Positions 10,390 through 21,067 of a stretch of 64,000 bases of DNA are shown one piece after another. The position numbers were made by a program, and so were the translations under genes. A model generated the notes under the pieces. That model ran no database searches and had not been told where the DNA came from. It was given only the letters and a program-made list of their open reading frames with translations. How positions within the stretch are numbered: position 1 is the first letter of the stretch; every line of letters begins with the position of its first letter. This DNA comes from Candidatus Bathyarchaeia archaeon (lineage in GTDB: Archaea > Thermoproteota > Bathyarchaeia > Bathyarchaeales > Bathycorpusculaceae). The stretch covers positions 32,001 through 96,000 of the forward strand of contig JBEKKK010000004.1 in NCBI GenBank assembly GCA_050010755.1. The letters are read 5' to 3'.

Positions 10390-11643
10390 CTATTTTGGTT
10401 TGAAGGCTTTAAGCGTCACATCCAGTATCTTCGCTGCGATTTCCCGCTTCTTGGCCATAGGCACGTGCACCGTACACTTATTCTTGTCCACAATGAAAAC
10501 CTCATTGGTTTCGGTTCCAAAGCCGGCTCCTTTCTTTCCCACGTCGTTTACCACGATGAGATCAGCCTTGGCTTCCAGCAGCCTCTTGTGGGCACTCTCA
10601 ATAAGCTGTTCCTTGGGAAGCTTGTACTCCGCACGAAAAGCCACCAGAAAAGTTTTGGGACTGACCTTCTTAACACTGTCAATTATCTTGACGGTGGGTT
10701 TCAGTTTCAATTCAAGCGACCGCGTCTGGTGCGACGAAACCTTGTATGAAAAAGGTTTTCCAGGCGTCCAGTCAGCAGCCGCGGCAACGGCTATGACTAT
10801 GTCGTAATGTTTTGACTTCAGTTCAGAAACTACCGCTTCATGCATTTCATCGGTCGTTTCAACATTCACCAAACGAGCTCCAAGAGAAGCGGCCACGGTT
10901 CCAGAGCCATAAATGAGTGTCACTTCTGCGCCGCGGCTCAAGGCTTCGTCTGCTATTGAAACGCCCATTTTTCCTGAGCTTCTGTTCGTTACGACGCGAA
11001 CAGGGTCTATGTGCTCAACGGTTGCGCCAGCAGTTATCAAAACTCTGAGTCCCGTGAAATCCCTTTTGACTCCAAGTTTGCATATCACTGCTTTGGCAAT
11101 ATCTTTGGTTTCGGCGATTTTTGCTTTCCCTTCCTCGATTCTTGGACCAATGAATTCGACCCCTAACGCCTTGAGTTTGCCAATGTTTTCGACCAATATT
11201 GGGTGGTTGTACATGGATTCGTGCATCGCAGGAACAATGATTATCGGGCAGTTTGAGCCGAAGGCCGTTGAGACCACGGAGGAGACGGCGGTGTCGTCAA
11301 TTCCGCAGGCAATCTTGCTTATGGTGTTTGCCGTGGCGGGGGCTATCAGTACAGCATCAGCTGTTAAAGAATGCTCGCCGACTAGGGCCACGTGTTCAAT
11401 CTTCCCTGTCAGTTCAGTTACGACCTTGTTTCCAGTCGCCCATTCCATCAAGTATGGATGAATGATTTTCCCCGCCATTGGTGACATTACTGGAAACACC
11501 TCAGCCCCGTGCCTCATCAAAACTCTGGCGATTTCTGGGCTTTGAACAGCCGCGACGCTGCCAGTAACGCACAACACTATACGTTTTCCCTTCAGCTCGT
11601 TGCCATCGGTTCCAACGATGTGCTTAGATGGATGCACCGACAA
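10390..11643 (-). CDS. coaBC: Bifunctional phosphopantothenoylcysteine decarboxylase/synthetase
   Basis: TGSVAA, APATANTISK, PAMHESM, ITAGAT.EHIDPVR..TNRSSGKMG. Confidence 0.95.
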   Translation of the reverse strand: MSVHPSKHIVGTDGNELKGKRIVLCVTGSVAAVQSPEIARVLMRHGAEVFPVMSPMAGKIIHPYLMEWATGNKVVTELTGKIEHVALVGEHSLTADAVLIAPATANTISKIACGIDDTAVSSVVSTAFGSNCPIIIVPAMHESMYNHPILVENIGKLKALGVEFIGPRIEEGKAKIAETKDIAKAVICKLGVKRDFTGLRVLITAGATVEHIDPVRVVTNRSSGKMGVSIADEALSRGAEVTLIYGSGTVAASLGARLVNVETTDEMHEAVVSELKSKHYDIVIAVAAAADWTPGKPFSYKVSSHQTRSLELKLKPTVKIIDSVKKVSPKTFLVAFRAEYKLPKEQLIESAHKRLLEAKADLIVVNDVGKKGAGFGTETNEVFIVDKNKCTVHVPMAKKREIAAKILDVTLKAFKPK

Positions 11644-11659
11644 GATCTGAATCCTCCCA

Positions 11660-12829
11660 TTAACCTCTTAATTTATTTACTATGTTGCTTAAATCTTGCA
11701 GGAATTGGTCAACATGCGTTTCATGAACATGTGGCATCACGACAATGCGAATGTGACGTGGAAAAAGGGATATCGCCCATCCTCGAAGCCTCAATTGTTC
11801 AGCCACTCTGCGAACGTCAACCGCATTCGATGTCAAGCCAACGACGTTCATCACCGGCTCTGTCGCCACACTCAAACCCCTAATACGGGGGATTCCCTCT
11901 GCAAGCTTCAGCGTCAAACGCATGCAGTTTTTAACGATTTTTCTGTAGCCTTCTCGGCCGAGATGCATCATCACTGTCCAGACCGCAATAGCTGAGGCGC
12001 CTGAACGCGTTCCGACCAGCGTGGCTTGATCAGTCTCTCCGCCCGACATATAGGGAATATTCCATGACACGACCTTTCTGTAATTTTCATTACGGAACAC
12101 TATCCCGCCCGCTGGAATGGGAGCCAAGCCCATCTTGTGCGGATCAACCGTGATAGAACACACTTCCGGAATTGCGAAGTCATAGTTAGGAACATTATAT
12201 CCAAGATCCTTCAGGAAAGGAAGTACGAACCCCCCGAAAGCTGCATCCACGTGAAGGCAGAGGTCTTTGTCCAGAGCAATTTCAGATAATTCCTTTATAG
12301 AGTCTACCGCACCCAGTTCCGTGGTTCCTGCAATACCCACGATGGCGATAGTCTTGGGATTCACGATCTTCCTGGCAGATTCAACATCGACTTGAAATCT
12401 GTCATTCAATCTAACTTTGACGATTTTCAAGCCTAGCAGATCTGCGGCTTTGTCGAAGGAGCAGTGAGCAGAAGCTGGCACTATCACCTCAGGCTTGGTT
12501 TTCTTCGACAGCGCTCTGGCCGACCAAAGGGCAAGAACATTCGCCTCCGTTCCGCCAGTAACAATGTTCCCGGAAGCCTTCGGGTTCGAAAAAAGGGTGC
12601 CTAGCATTTTCACTGTTTCTCTTTCTAATTCAGCCACGGCTGGGAAGAGCCCTGAGTCGCCGAGGTTCTTTTCAAGAAACATTGTGTAAATTTTCCTCGC
12701 CAGTGGATGCGGTGCAGTGCACATAGATCCAATTATTCTTCCAGAATCGTAGGTGAAGTCTCCCTGCAGCCTCGATTCAAGCTTCTTGAGTACCATTTTT
12801 TCCGGCATACCTTCAATCTGCATTTTCAA
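11660..12829 (-). CDS. mfnA: PLP-dependent L-aspartate/L-tyrosine decarboxylase (MfnA/ADC), probable beta-alanine source
   Basis: GSMCT, NLGD.GLF, GGTEAN, HVDAAFGG, DPHKMG (PLP lysine). Confidence 0.9.
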   Translation of the reverse strand: MKMQIEGMPEKMVLKKLESRLQGDFTYDSGRIIGSMCTAPHPLARKIYTMFLEKNLGDSGLFPAVAELERETVKMLGTLFSNPKASGNIVTGGTEANVLALWSARALSKKTKPEVIVPASAHCSFDKAADLLGLKIVKVRLNDRFQVDVESARKIVNPKTIAIVGIAGTTELGAVDSIKELSEIALDKDLCLHVDAAFGGFVLPFLKDLGYNVPNYDFAIPEVCSITVDPHKMGLAPIPAGGIVFRNENYRKVVSWNIPYMSGGETDQATLVGTRSGASAIAVWTVMMHLGREGYRKIVKNCMRLTLKLAEGIPRIRGLSVATEPVMNVVGLTSNAVDVRRVAEQLRLRGWAISLFPRHIRIVVMPHVHETHVDQFLQDLSNIVNKLRG

Positions 12830-12844
12830 GACTTCCTAAACATT

Positions 12845-13615
12845 CTAGTGGTACGTGTGTTCGTCGTCTGGATATTTGCCCGTTGAGACTTCTTGCTTGA
12901 ACTTGGCCACGGCTAGCTTTATCGTCTTGTTCAGGTTCGCGTATGCTTTCACATACTTAGGTTTGAAGCCCTCATCAAAACCGAGCAGGTCGTTTATTAC
13001 AAGAACCTGTCCGTCGCAGTGTTTGCCAGCACCTATGCCTATCGTCGGTACTTTCACAGAATCGGTTATTATCTTGGCTAGGCTTTCGGGGATGCATTCT
13101 AACACTATGGAAAACACGCCGAGCCTGTCTAGCTCTTGGGCATCACGCAGAATCTCTTCGGCTTCTTTAGGCGTTTTTCCTTTGACGCGATAAGTTTCAG
13201 CCATCTGGGGAAGCATTCCCACGTGGCCCATTACAGGTATTCCCTTTTTAATCAGGAGCTTTATGGCCTCTGTTTTGTTTCCTTCGATTTTTACTCCATT
13301 TGCTCCTGCATCAATAAACTGTTTCGCGTTCATTAGGCAGTCTTCGACGGTTGCGCAACTGTCAAGCGGCATATCGCCAATGATAGGCGTGGATGCTGCT
13401 CCCCTTGCAACTGCCCTGACGTGGAACATCATGTCGGTCATTGTCACGGTCTTGGTGTCCTTGTAGCCTTGCACAACCATGCCTGAACTGTCGCCGACGA
13501 GGATTAGGTCTATTCCGGCCTCATCAAGTATTCGTGCCATTTGAAAGTCATAGGCGGTCAACATTAAGATTTTTTGTCTGGCCTTCTTTTGCTTAATTCC
13601 TTCTTGAAAATTCAT
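12845..13615 (-). CDS. panB: 3-methyl-2-oxobutanoate hydroxymethyltransferase
   Basis: MLTAYD, ILVGDS, GVKIEG, MGHVG, PTIGIGAG..CDGQVLV. Confidence 0.95.
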   Translation of the reverse strand: MNFQEGIKQKKARQKILMLTAYDFQMARILDEAGIDLILVGDSSGMVVQGYKDTKTVTMTDMMFHVRAVARGAASTPIIGDMPLDSCATVEDCLMNAKQFIDAGANGVKIEGNKTEAIKLLIKKGIPVMGHVGMLPQMAETYRVKGKTPKEAEEILRDAQELDRLGVFSIVLECIPESLAKIITDSVKVPTIGIGAGKHCDGQVLVINDLLGFDEGFKPKYVKAYANLNKTIKLAVAKFKQEVSTGKYPDDEHTYH

Positions 13616-14531
13616 TGTTTTCCTCCAAGAATTTTATGAAACTCGTTATTGCTTCGTTAAGCGGGGTTGAAACGCCATGTTTTTCACCTAACTCGACTAT
13701 TTTTCCGTTTAGAAAGTCAATTTCAGTCTTCTTCCCTTTCGTTAGGTCCTGGTACATCGATGAGAAATTCGTGTATCCTGCAATCTCTTTTTCGATCGAT
13801 TTCTCTAAATCCTGCGGAAAAGTCACCCATTCAGCATTTCCAACATTAACGCACTCTCTGAAAATCTGACGTCTGACAGGCGCCAAGGCTTGCGTTCCGA
13901 TTTCGCGATTTCTAACGCGAAAAACCGCTGTCAGAGGATTAACTACGCTGTTAACAACAACTTTGCACCATATCTTCTCTCTTATATTTTCGCAAACCCT
14001 TGTCTTCAAGCCGGCCCCTTTCAATAAATCCACAATCTCCACCGAAGAAGTGCCATCTTCAACGAATGTTTCTCCTTTCCAATAGCGCACTTCTCCCGCC
14101 TTGAAAAACTCTCCAGCCATGGTCGTGATTCCCCTCAGAACTTTAGCTTTGCCGTTTAGGGCGCGTTTGACTACCTCTTCGTTTCCGAGGCCATTTTGCA
14201 AGACCAAAACGACAGTGTCCTCTTTGAGAAGATTGCATATGCCTCTCATTGCGCTTTCCGAATCATGCGCCTTTGTCGTTAGGAATATCAGCGTCTTCTG
14301 AGGGATTTCTCGAATTTGCGTGTCAGCGGGCAAATGGAAAGTTTGATTCGCATCGCCCAAAACTGACAGACCACTTGCGTTTACGGCGTCTACATGTGCT
14401 TTGTTTCCGATTAGAGTTACGTCATTCTCCTTCGACACTAAAGCTCCTACGGCACTTCCTATTGCTCCAGCCCCCAAGATGAAAATCTTGTTGAACATTG
14501 CATCACTCTTTCTGTCTTCTTGCATGGACAC
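13593..14531 (-). CDS. panE: 2-dehydropantoate 2-reductase
   Basis: GAGAIG Rossmann motif, LQNGLG, K...N...NPLTA, SSMYQD, TEIDFLNG. Confidence 0.9.
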   Translation of the reverse strand: MSMQEDRKSDAMFNKIFILGAGAIGSAVGALVSKENDVTLIGNKAHVDAVNASGLSVLGDANQTFHLPADTQIREIPQKTLIFLTTKAHDSESAMRGICNLLKEDTVVLVLQNGLGNEEVVKRALNGKAKVLRGITTMAGEFFKAGEVRYWKGETFVEDGTSSVEIVDLLKGAGLKTRVCENIREKIWCKVVVNSVVNPLTAVFRVRNREIGTQALAPVRRQIFRECVNVGNAEWVTFPQDLEKSIEKEIAGYTNFSSMYQDLTKGKKTEIDFLNGKIVELGEKHGVSTPLNEAITSFIKFLEENNEFSRRN

Positions 14532-15297
14532 TTTGTGTCGCGATTTTTGTGAGGCCTTCGTTTATCAAAGCGATAGACTTGGCAAGGTTTTTGTTGTTAT
14601 CAAATTTCTCCAAAATACCTGCAAGTCTCTTGCGGTTTTGTTTTTTGAGATTCTCTGCGGTTTCCACCATTTTCGGTGCGGTTCTCACGATATTGTCGAC
14701 TATTGTGATTGTCGCGCATTGCGCAGTTCGCGACAAGGGGTTCAGATCAACCGCTATCACCTTTTTTCCCATCTTGGCGAGGGCTTCCGTTCTGTCACCA
14801 TCCTCCAGCGGCACCAAGACGACATCGGCCGCCAGTATTCCCCTAGGATCGACCCGACGTCTCTCGCTGTTCAACTCCGGAATCTGTGCAGATGCCTTGC
14901 CGCCCACTCCAAGCACATCCTGCGCTCCAGCTTTATTGAGCAACTCCTCAATAGCAACCTCCCTCTCATAGGATCTGTAAAAAAGGTTGACCTCAATCTT
15001 CGACCCTGTAACCTCAGCGAGTCTCACAATATCTTCAGGAACCAAAGCGACCGTGTTCCCATTAACTGAGATAACTGGATTTTCTGCTCTCAGAAGCATA
15101 GCAACGGCCGCCGAAATAGCTTCAAATGCCGGCTTTCTTGTTCTTTCGCCCAATAAATAATCGAAAGCCTCTCCCCGGCCGTGGGCAATCAAGCCCGAGG
15201 TAGCCACGATTCCTTTGAGATAGCACGCTATCAACCTCTCTCTCACTTGCAGGGATTTTGCCCTAGGATGGTCCGGCGGTATGTTGGTGTCAGTCAT
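14503..15297 (-). CDS. 4-phosphopantoate--beta-alanine ligase (archaeal PPS)
   Basis: HPRA.SL, IAHGRGEAFDYLLGE, ISVNGN, VPLEDGDR, DLNPLSRT. Confidence 0.95.
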   Translation of the reverse strand: MTDTNIPPDHPRAKSLQVRERLIACYLKGIVATSGLIAHGRGEAFDYLLGERTRKPAFEAISAAVAMLLRAENPVISVNGNTVALVPEDIVRLAEVTGSKIEVNLFYRSYEREVAIEELLNKAGAQDVLGVGGKASAQIPELNSERRRVDPRGILAADVVLVPLEDGDRTEALAKMGKKVIAVDLNPLSRTAQCATITIVDNIVRTAPKMVETAENLKKQNRKRLAGILEKFDNNKNLAKSIALINEGLTKIATQSVHARRQKE

Positions 15298-16214
15298 GGA
15301 AGCAGCCGTGCTCCCTCATGATCTACCGTGCCGATGACATCTTGACCGCTCTGTGAATTTTCGCAAAAAACCTGCAAGAGCTGCTCAAGCTGACTTTTCT
15401 CTATTACAGAAAAGGCCGATTCGCCGAACATCGGCATGCTGCAAATGATGCCTGCCTTGTCTGCTGCAACAAGGATCTGTCTAACCTTTTCAGTTATTAG
15501 TCCAACGTGCTCAGCGAAACGACGGGAGAGCTTCATGAAATTCATGACGGTCGGCGCCCCTACCAGCTCTCGAATCATATCGCCGCCGAATCGGTTTATG
15601 CGAGCACGGATTTCAGAGTTAGTCAAAGCCTCTTTTGTCGAGAGAGGTCCGAAAACATGAGACACCACATAGGTGTCTTCTAGGAGCGGAAAACGCTTTA
15701 TTTCTCCGATTCCAGGAGCCCCAGGCCTCACACGAATTTCAAACCCGCCAAAAGTTTCGGCTAAGACTGTTCCAAGCCCAGTCCTGCATTCTACTTCCGC
15801 AACGTGGGCGACTTGGGCCGCTTCTAGTTTTGACATTCCGATCTGCAAGGCCTCGTTCAAGGCTAGAGCCAGACTCAGCGCTGCAGCACCACTTGTTCCA
15901 AATCCTGCGCCTAATGGAGCCTCTATACGATGATCTACCGAGATTTCAAAGTGAGAAGCGCTACTGAGGCGCGAAATGAAAGCATCGACGACGCGTTCCG
16001 AAACTCTTGAAGAGTTAACAAGTCTATTGTTGATGCTGACTTTCAAGTTGTATTTGGAACTTTTCTTGATTTTAACAGTCGTTTTGGCTCCCAGATTTAT
16101 TGAGACTCCCGCACCTTTTGATCCCACGCGCAGGGCGTCTGTTGGTTCATCAAATATTTCAAAGAATCCCGTAATGTGGCAGGGTGCGAAAGCAGTGGCC
16201 TCTTCCATCATCAA
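15294..16214 (-). CDS. Pantoate kinase (GHMP family, archaeal PoK)
   Basis: AFAPCHITGFF, GS.GAG, PLGAGFGTSG, AH.AEV...TGLG, GAPG. Confidence 0.9.
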   Translation of the reverse strand: MMMEEATAFAPCHITGFFEIFDEPTDALRVGSKGAGVSINLGAKTTVKIKKSSKYNLKVSINNRLVNSSRVSERVVDAFISRLSSASHFEISVDHRIEAPLGAGFGTSGAAALSLALALNEALQIGMSKLEAAQVAHVAEVECRTGLGTVLAETFGGFEIRVRPGAPGIGEIKRFPLLEDTYVVSHVFGPLSTKEALTNSEIRARINRFGGDMIRELVGAPTVMNFMKLSRRFAEHVGLITEKVRQILVAADKAGIICSMPMFGESAFSVIEKSQLEQLLQVFCENSQSGQDVIGTVDHEGARLLP

Positions 16215-16503
16215 CGCCTAGTCGTCACGTTTAATGAAACAGCGTCAAATAAGAATTCTGTATGAAATGTCTATACATGTTTAAACTTCGTTCTTCCTAA
16301 TGAGCCTATACGAGAAAAAGAAGCAACGATTCTCGGGATTAGGAGTGTCTGCAGAACCTGTTCATGCTGTACGCTCAACAATCAGAAATTAGAATTCAAC
16401 CGAAGGCATCAAGAAATCAGACGAAAAATGAACTCAGGGCCAGTGCTTAGATATTTAAATATTCGGTCAAATCTCTTACAAGTCACAGTTGGTTGAGCCT
16501 CGG

Positions 16504-17193
16504 ATGTCTGAAACGGTTGCTTATCGCCATCTTTTCACGTTGCTGAAGCTGGCTGAAATGGGAGCGCATCGAAGAATTGCAAAAATATCGACGGAGTACT
16601 TAGCCGGGAAGCTTGGGGCCTCTCAGCAGACTGCTTCGCGCTACTTGATTGAACTAGAAAACAAAGGATGGATTGAAAGGACAATAACGCCGGAAGGCTG
16701 TCTAATAAGAATTACAAGTGGGGGAGTGAAGGAGCTGAACAAGCTTTACTCTACCCTTCGCGTGTTAATGGAAGCGGCCTATCCGCCATCAGTTACATTA
16801 GAGGGCAAGGTTTTCACGGGATACGGGGAGGGGGCTTATTATATATCAAGGGAAGGCTACAGAAAACAGTTCATTGAGAAATTGGGCTTTGACCCGTATC
16901 CCGGTACGCTTAACCTGAAACTCGTCACCGACTATGATACCAAAGCTAGAAACGAATTGGAAGCCTACCCCGGAGTGGAAATCGAGGGCTTCAGAGACGA
17001 GGATCGCACTTTTGGCTCAGTGAAATGCTACCCGGTGATTATGGAGAATCAGGTGAAGGGGGCCCTCATCTTGGCTTTGAGAAGCCACTACGACGTATCC
17101 GTGTTGGAGATAATCGCTCCAGTTCCATTAAGGAGACACCTGAAGCTTAAAGACGGGCAAAAGGTGAAGGTTGAAGTGCTGACACTCCCTTGA
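16504..17193 (+). CDS. ribK: CTP-dependent riboflavin kinase with N-terminal winged helix
   Basis: SQQTASR HTH; G.GEGAYY, LGFDPYPGTLN, LEIIAP..LR. Confidence 0.9.
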   Translation: MSETVAYRHLFTLLKLAEMGAHRRIAKISTEYLAGKLGASQQTASRYLIELENKGWIERTITPEGCLIRITSGGVKELNKLYSTLRVLMEAAYPPSVTLEGKVFTGYGEGAYYISREGYRKQFIEKLGFDPYPGTLNLKLVTDYDTKARNELEAYPGVEIEGFRDEDRTFGSVKCYPVIMENQVKGALILALRSHYDVSVLEIIAPVPLRRHLKLKDGQKVKVEVLTLP

Positions 17194-17263
17194 GAGTGTG
17201 ATCAAGCGCGTGGGGCCCGGTTTTTCTACGGGCATCTTTTTCAAGGGCCTTAGCTTAGCCTTG

Positions 17264-17887
17264 TTATCTAGGATAGTTATATTCGTGGCTGGCGAATTTG
17301 TATCGGCGGGTTGTCGCCAGTGCATAACCTATCAACAGACCCGTCGCTAAGCCGCCCAGGTGGGCCAAGTAGTTTACGTCAGGTCCAAGGTTGATTACGA
17401 AAAAGAAGAGCGCAAAGAGCAGTGCTCCCATAATCGATTGTCGAATCGAGTGTCTTGCGTATACGATCGTCGCTCCCAGGACTCCGAATATGGCGCCTGA
17501 CGCTCCGATGGAAACCGTGTTAGGCGGCCAGAGGGCAAGAGTAAGTAGACCTCCCGATAATCCGCTCAGAAAATAGATGAGGATGTATTCTTTGATGTCA
17601 AACATGTCTTCCGCTCGTAACCCGAAGATCAGCAGGAAAAACATGTTTCCAAAAATGTGCAAAATGTCTGCATGAACAAAAATGGCTGTGAAGAGCCTCC
17701 ACACCTCACCATTCCACACATTAGCGTTAATTTGTCCCACGGCGCTGACGACGCCATCACTAGTATTCAAGCTCCCGCTGAGAATAGACGTGAACACATA
17801 GACCGCGACGTTTACCGTTATGAACACATAAGTGGGCATGAACTCCCGAGAGCTTTTAGACATCCACTCATCTTCTATAGTCCTCAA
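17264..17887 (-). CDS. Rhomboid family intramembrane serine protease
   Basis: WRLFT..FVH...HIFGNM, GASG, AHLGG. Confidence 0.95.
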   Translation of the reverse strand: MRTIEDEWMSKSSREFMPTYVFITVNVAVYVFTSILSGSLNTSDGVVSAVGQINANVWNGEVWRLFTAIFVHADILHIFGNMFFLLIFGLRAEDMFDIKEYILIYFLSGLSGGLLTLALWPPNTVSIGASGAIFGVLGATIVYARHSIRQSIMGALLFALFFFVINLGPDVNYLAHLGGLATGLLIGYALATTRRYKFASHEYNYPR

Positions 17888-18341
17888 TTATTCTCTTCTT
17901 AATCTTCGAGGAACTGTCCAACTCGTCTGAGCTGAATTTGCCTATCCGGACTGTCTGAATCTTCAACCCATGTTGCTTAACATAATCTTTCACTGTTTTC
18001 TCCATTCCCATTTGGTCGTATCCGAAAGCAACGACGTCGGGGCTGATTTTTTCAAGAACCTTTGCAACATCGAACGTCTCATAGCCCAGAATCGCCTCGT
18101 CAACAACTCTCAAAGAGGCCACGAGAGCGCACCTTTGGTTCTCAGGCATGATTGGTCTTTCACCCTTCCTGCTCTGAACAGTGCTGTCTCTGCCGATTAT
18201 GACTACCAGCTCAGCATTTGGTCCGCCGGCCTTCTTTGCCTCTTCTAAGAAACGCACGTGCCCGAGGTGCAGCAAGTCAAAAACGCCCGACGCGAGAACT
18301 ATCTTCCCCTTGGTTTTCTTTCCGTTTTCATCGTTGGCCAT
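17868..18341 (-). CDS. ribL: FAD synthase (archaeal cytidylyltransferase family)
   Basis: SGVFDLLHLGH, FGYDQ, SSSKIK; near ribK. Confidence 0.85.
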   Translation of the reverse strand: MANDENGKKTKGKIVLASGVFDLLHLGHVRFLEEAKKAGGPNAELVVIIGRDSTVQSRKGERPIMPENQRCALVASLRVVDEAILGYETFDVAKVLEKISPDVVAFGYDQMGMEKTVKDYVKQHGLKIQTVRIGKFSSDELDSSSKIKKRIIEDYRR

Positions 18342-18592
18342 TCGAACGTCACCGTTCCCAACAGTCTCAAGGCGTCAAGTAACCCCTCACAGTAAGCGAT
18401 TGAAGTAAGGCTTACCTCGAATTTCTTTCTTTCCCTGTAGTATTTAGCGTCCTCTAGGTACGCTTTGGCGAAATCCACAACGTTTCTGATGTGGGGAAGG
18501 TCGAGCGTCACTGAGGTCTCGGCAACCTTCATATGGCTGAACACGTGCTCTGCGGAGCTGATGTATTTTGATGTCAACTCGTTTAGGGTCAT
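18299..18592 (-). CDS. DUF357 family protein
   Basis: AKAYLEDAKYY...AYCEGLLDALRLLG; typical dph5 neighbour. Confidence 0.85.
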   Translation of the reverse strand: MTLNELTSKYISSAEHVFSHMKVAETSVTLDLPHIRNVVDFAKAYLEDAKYYRERKKFEVSLTSIAYCEGLLDALRLLGTVTFEWPTMKTERKPRGR

Positions 18593-19389
18593 TCTGAAAC
18601 CGTCCCCAATTTTTCAGTTGCTCCTGCAAGCACCACCAAAGCTTCAGCTTCCATAAAGTGAAGTTTTCCCGGAAAAATAAGGCTGTATGGTGGCCCTCGG
18701 AAATCGTAGCTTAGCAATTCCCTTATGAATCCTGCTTTTGCAGTTGGGTCGCTACTGCCAGCCCGAGCAACTCCGACGACGAGGGTCTCCTCGGTCACCA
18801 CGCTCTTTTTCCGCTCTGATTCCACTTTAAGAAGTCCGTTGAGAGCATCACGGATGTTGAGGAAGCGCCTATTCTCAACATTTATGTCAAGTAAGCAGAG
18901 CGTGTGAAGCCCCAGCTTCTTGTTCTGCAAAATCACTTGGTACGGGGTTTCAGAGGAAGTTTCATACGGAAAAGGGATCGTGACGCTTTTGCCGAACTTG
19001 TAATTGTGTAGACCAGAAAGTCCGATTACTGCAGAAAGGGCGCTCGCACCATGAACTATTCTTGTTCGTATTCCCCGTTTTTCAGCTTCAATCCTCAATG
19101 AAACGTGTGTTGTGGCTATCATCGGATCTCCTGGAACAAGTAGTACCGTCTTGTGCTTCTCTGCAGAGTTAAGGATGACCTCCGCATTTCTGTCTTCGAG
19201 GTCTGCCCTCGACACCAGGTTGATTCTCCTGCCACAGGTCTTCTCAAACCTTACCAAAGAAAAATCGGGCAACAGACTCGTGTAGAACTCCGCGAAGACC
19301 GTGTCAGCACTTCTGATTTCATCCAATCCCCGCAAGCTGATTCCCCTGTCATCGTGAAGGCCAAGCCCAATGAACACTAATTCGCCCAT
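18589..19389 (-). CDS. dph5: Diphthine synthase
   Basis: FIGLGL, EFYTS, GDPMIATTH, YKFGKSVT, LHTLCLLD; start set at MGELVF. Confidence 0.95.
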   Translation of the reverse strand: MGELVFIGLGLHDDRGISLRGLDEIRSADTVFAEFYTSLLPDFSLVRFEKTCGRRINLVSRADLEDRNAEVILNSAEKHKTVLLVPGDPMIATTHVSLRIEAEKRGIRTRIVHGASALSAVIGLSGLHNYKFGKSVTIPFPYETSSETPYQVILQNKKLGLHTLCLLDINVENRRFLNIRDALNGLLKVESERKKSVVTEETLVVGVARAGSSDPTAKAGFIRELLSYDFRGPPYSLIFPGKLHFMEAEALVVLAGATEKLGTVSE

Positions 19390-19544
19390 TACAATAAACC
19401 TCTTCACAAGCGAGAATGAAGATTGAAACTTAAAACTCTTGGTGTTAAAAAGCATGGCGTTTACAAGAAGCGGAAGCAGTTCGTTTCAGCCTTTTTCATG
19501 AAAAGCGCCAAAGTTATTTAGTCGAATATCTGAAATAAACTGAT

Positions 19545-20111
19545 GTGTCTGAGACAAAGGGGGACGACATGTTGAAAGACGTTGAATTAAGGCTCATTTC
19601 GGAACTCATGAAGAATAGTCGCAGGAGCGACAGGCAACTGGCTAAGGCTTTGGGGGTTTCGCAACCTACGGTTAGTAGATTAATCAGCAAGCTGCAGAAG
19701 GAAGGAGTTATCAAGGAATACACGGCTGTGCCGGATTTCTGCAAGCTAGGTTTCAATCTAATGGCTATCATTATGTTTAAGCTCAGACCCAGTTCTTCGG
19801 CTGAAATCAAGGAGTTGCACGGCGCAGCTCGTGAATTGGAAACCCAACGGCGTCACCCGTACCTCCTAGTTATGGATGGAATAGGGCTTGGGAAGGAGCT
19901 TGTTGCTATCTCGTTCCATAGAGACTACGGAGACTATGCCGATTATATCAGAGCTGTTAGGGAGTCGCCAAATTTCAGGAAAGCCTACGTGAATACCAAG
20001 GACATCGAAGGTTTTCTAATAGACTTAAACTACAAAGACCATTATCAACCGATAACGTTTTCAAGATTGGCCGCCCACCTTCAATTGAAAGAAAACGAGA
20101 AGAACCAATAG
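19545..20111 (+). CDS. Lrp/AsnC-type transcription regulator
   Basis: ELMKNSRRSDRQLAKALGVSQPTV...EGVIKEYT..PDF.KLG. Confidence 0.85.
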   Translation: MSETKGDDMLKDVELRLISELMKNSRRSDRQLAKALGVSQPTVSRLISKLQKEGVIKEYTAVPDFCKLGFNLMAIIMFKLRPSSSAEIKELHGAARELETQRRHPYLLVMDGIGLGKELVAISFHRDYGDYADYIRAVRESPNFRKAYVNTKDIEGFLIDLNYKDHYQPITFSRLAAHLQLKENEKNQ

Positions 20112-20348
20112 ACGCGGTACCAAGGGCAATTCCCGATGTACATCCCATACCGTGTTAGGGCAATTAGCTCTTCTCTCACAATTGCCTTTCCGGGAACACT
20201 GAAATAGCTCCAAGCTGATAGTGCGTCCATCAATACTAGCTAAGAGAATCGATAAGATTAAGAGTTCAAAATCGCTTGATGTTTGCCCACAAAGACATGT
20301 ACCGGAGATATGATAACACTGTACAACGAAGACGAGGAATGAAGGAAA

Positions 20349-20645
20349 GTGTCAAACTTATTGTCGCGCTTTGCCAAAAAGGTGAAGTTCTGGCTCTTTG
20401 AAGAAAGGGACGATATTTACGCAGAGAATCTAAAGCGCAGGAAACAGCTCCATAACGCCCATTTGATTCAAGTCTTCATTGTTCTGATTGGCATAGGGAC
20501 AATGGCTTTGATCCCGCTGGTGCTTTGGTTCATTACCAAAGGTTTTGTCTTTGTCTATCTTATCTTCACCGCAGTTGCGGGAATCCTCTATCTCTCGATT
20601 GACTCGTACGTCAAACACGTGAATAAACAATACGAATTAAACTAG
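20349..20645 (+). CDS. Small hypothetical membrane protein (2 TM)
   Basis: 98-aa ORF with two hydrophobic segments. Confidence 0.55.
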   Translation: MSNLLSRFAKKVKFWLFEERDDIYAENLKRRKQLHNAHLIQVFIVLIGIGTMALIPLVLWFITKGFVFVYLIFTAVAGILYLSIDSYVKHVNKQYELN

Positions 20646-21067
20646 AAACAAGAAACAGCCAGAAGCTGTTGCTCTTCTTTATTTCTGTTCTCACCTTTCC
20701 AAGGCGAACAAACTGTCTAAACCATTTACGGCAAGTTGGCCAACCTTCGCGCGTAGACCCAAAAAAGAAGTGATCAAAAAACTTGCCGCCCAGTCATAAC
20801 CGGAAAATGTAAGAAGAAATGTGGAACGAACCAAGCGCGAAAAAATCCGCCCTTGACGCGCGCCATAGTTTGGCCGGCCAAAAGCCGAAAACGTTAAGAA
20901 ACTTTACCAAAGCAAAAATCCGGCAGAAAAGCAGCAGAAGAGGAGTCTAAACTTGTCAAGAATCAACCCCCAGCATACGTCTTCATATATGGACTAGGTG
21001 CTAGCGCAAGAGATAAAAACAAGCTAAAGTTTTGTTACCGAGGGTTCTTTTCTGAAAGAAACCTTGT

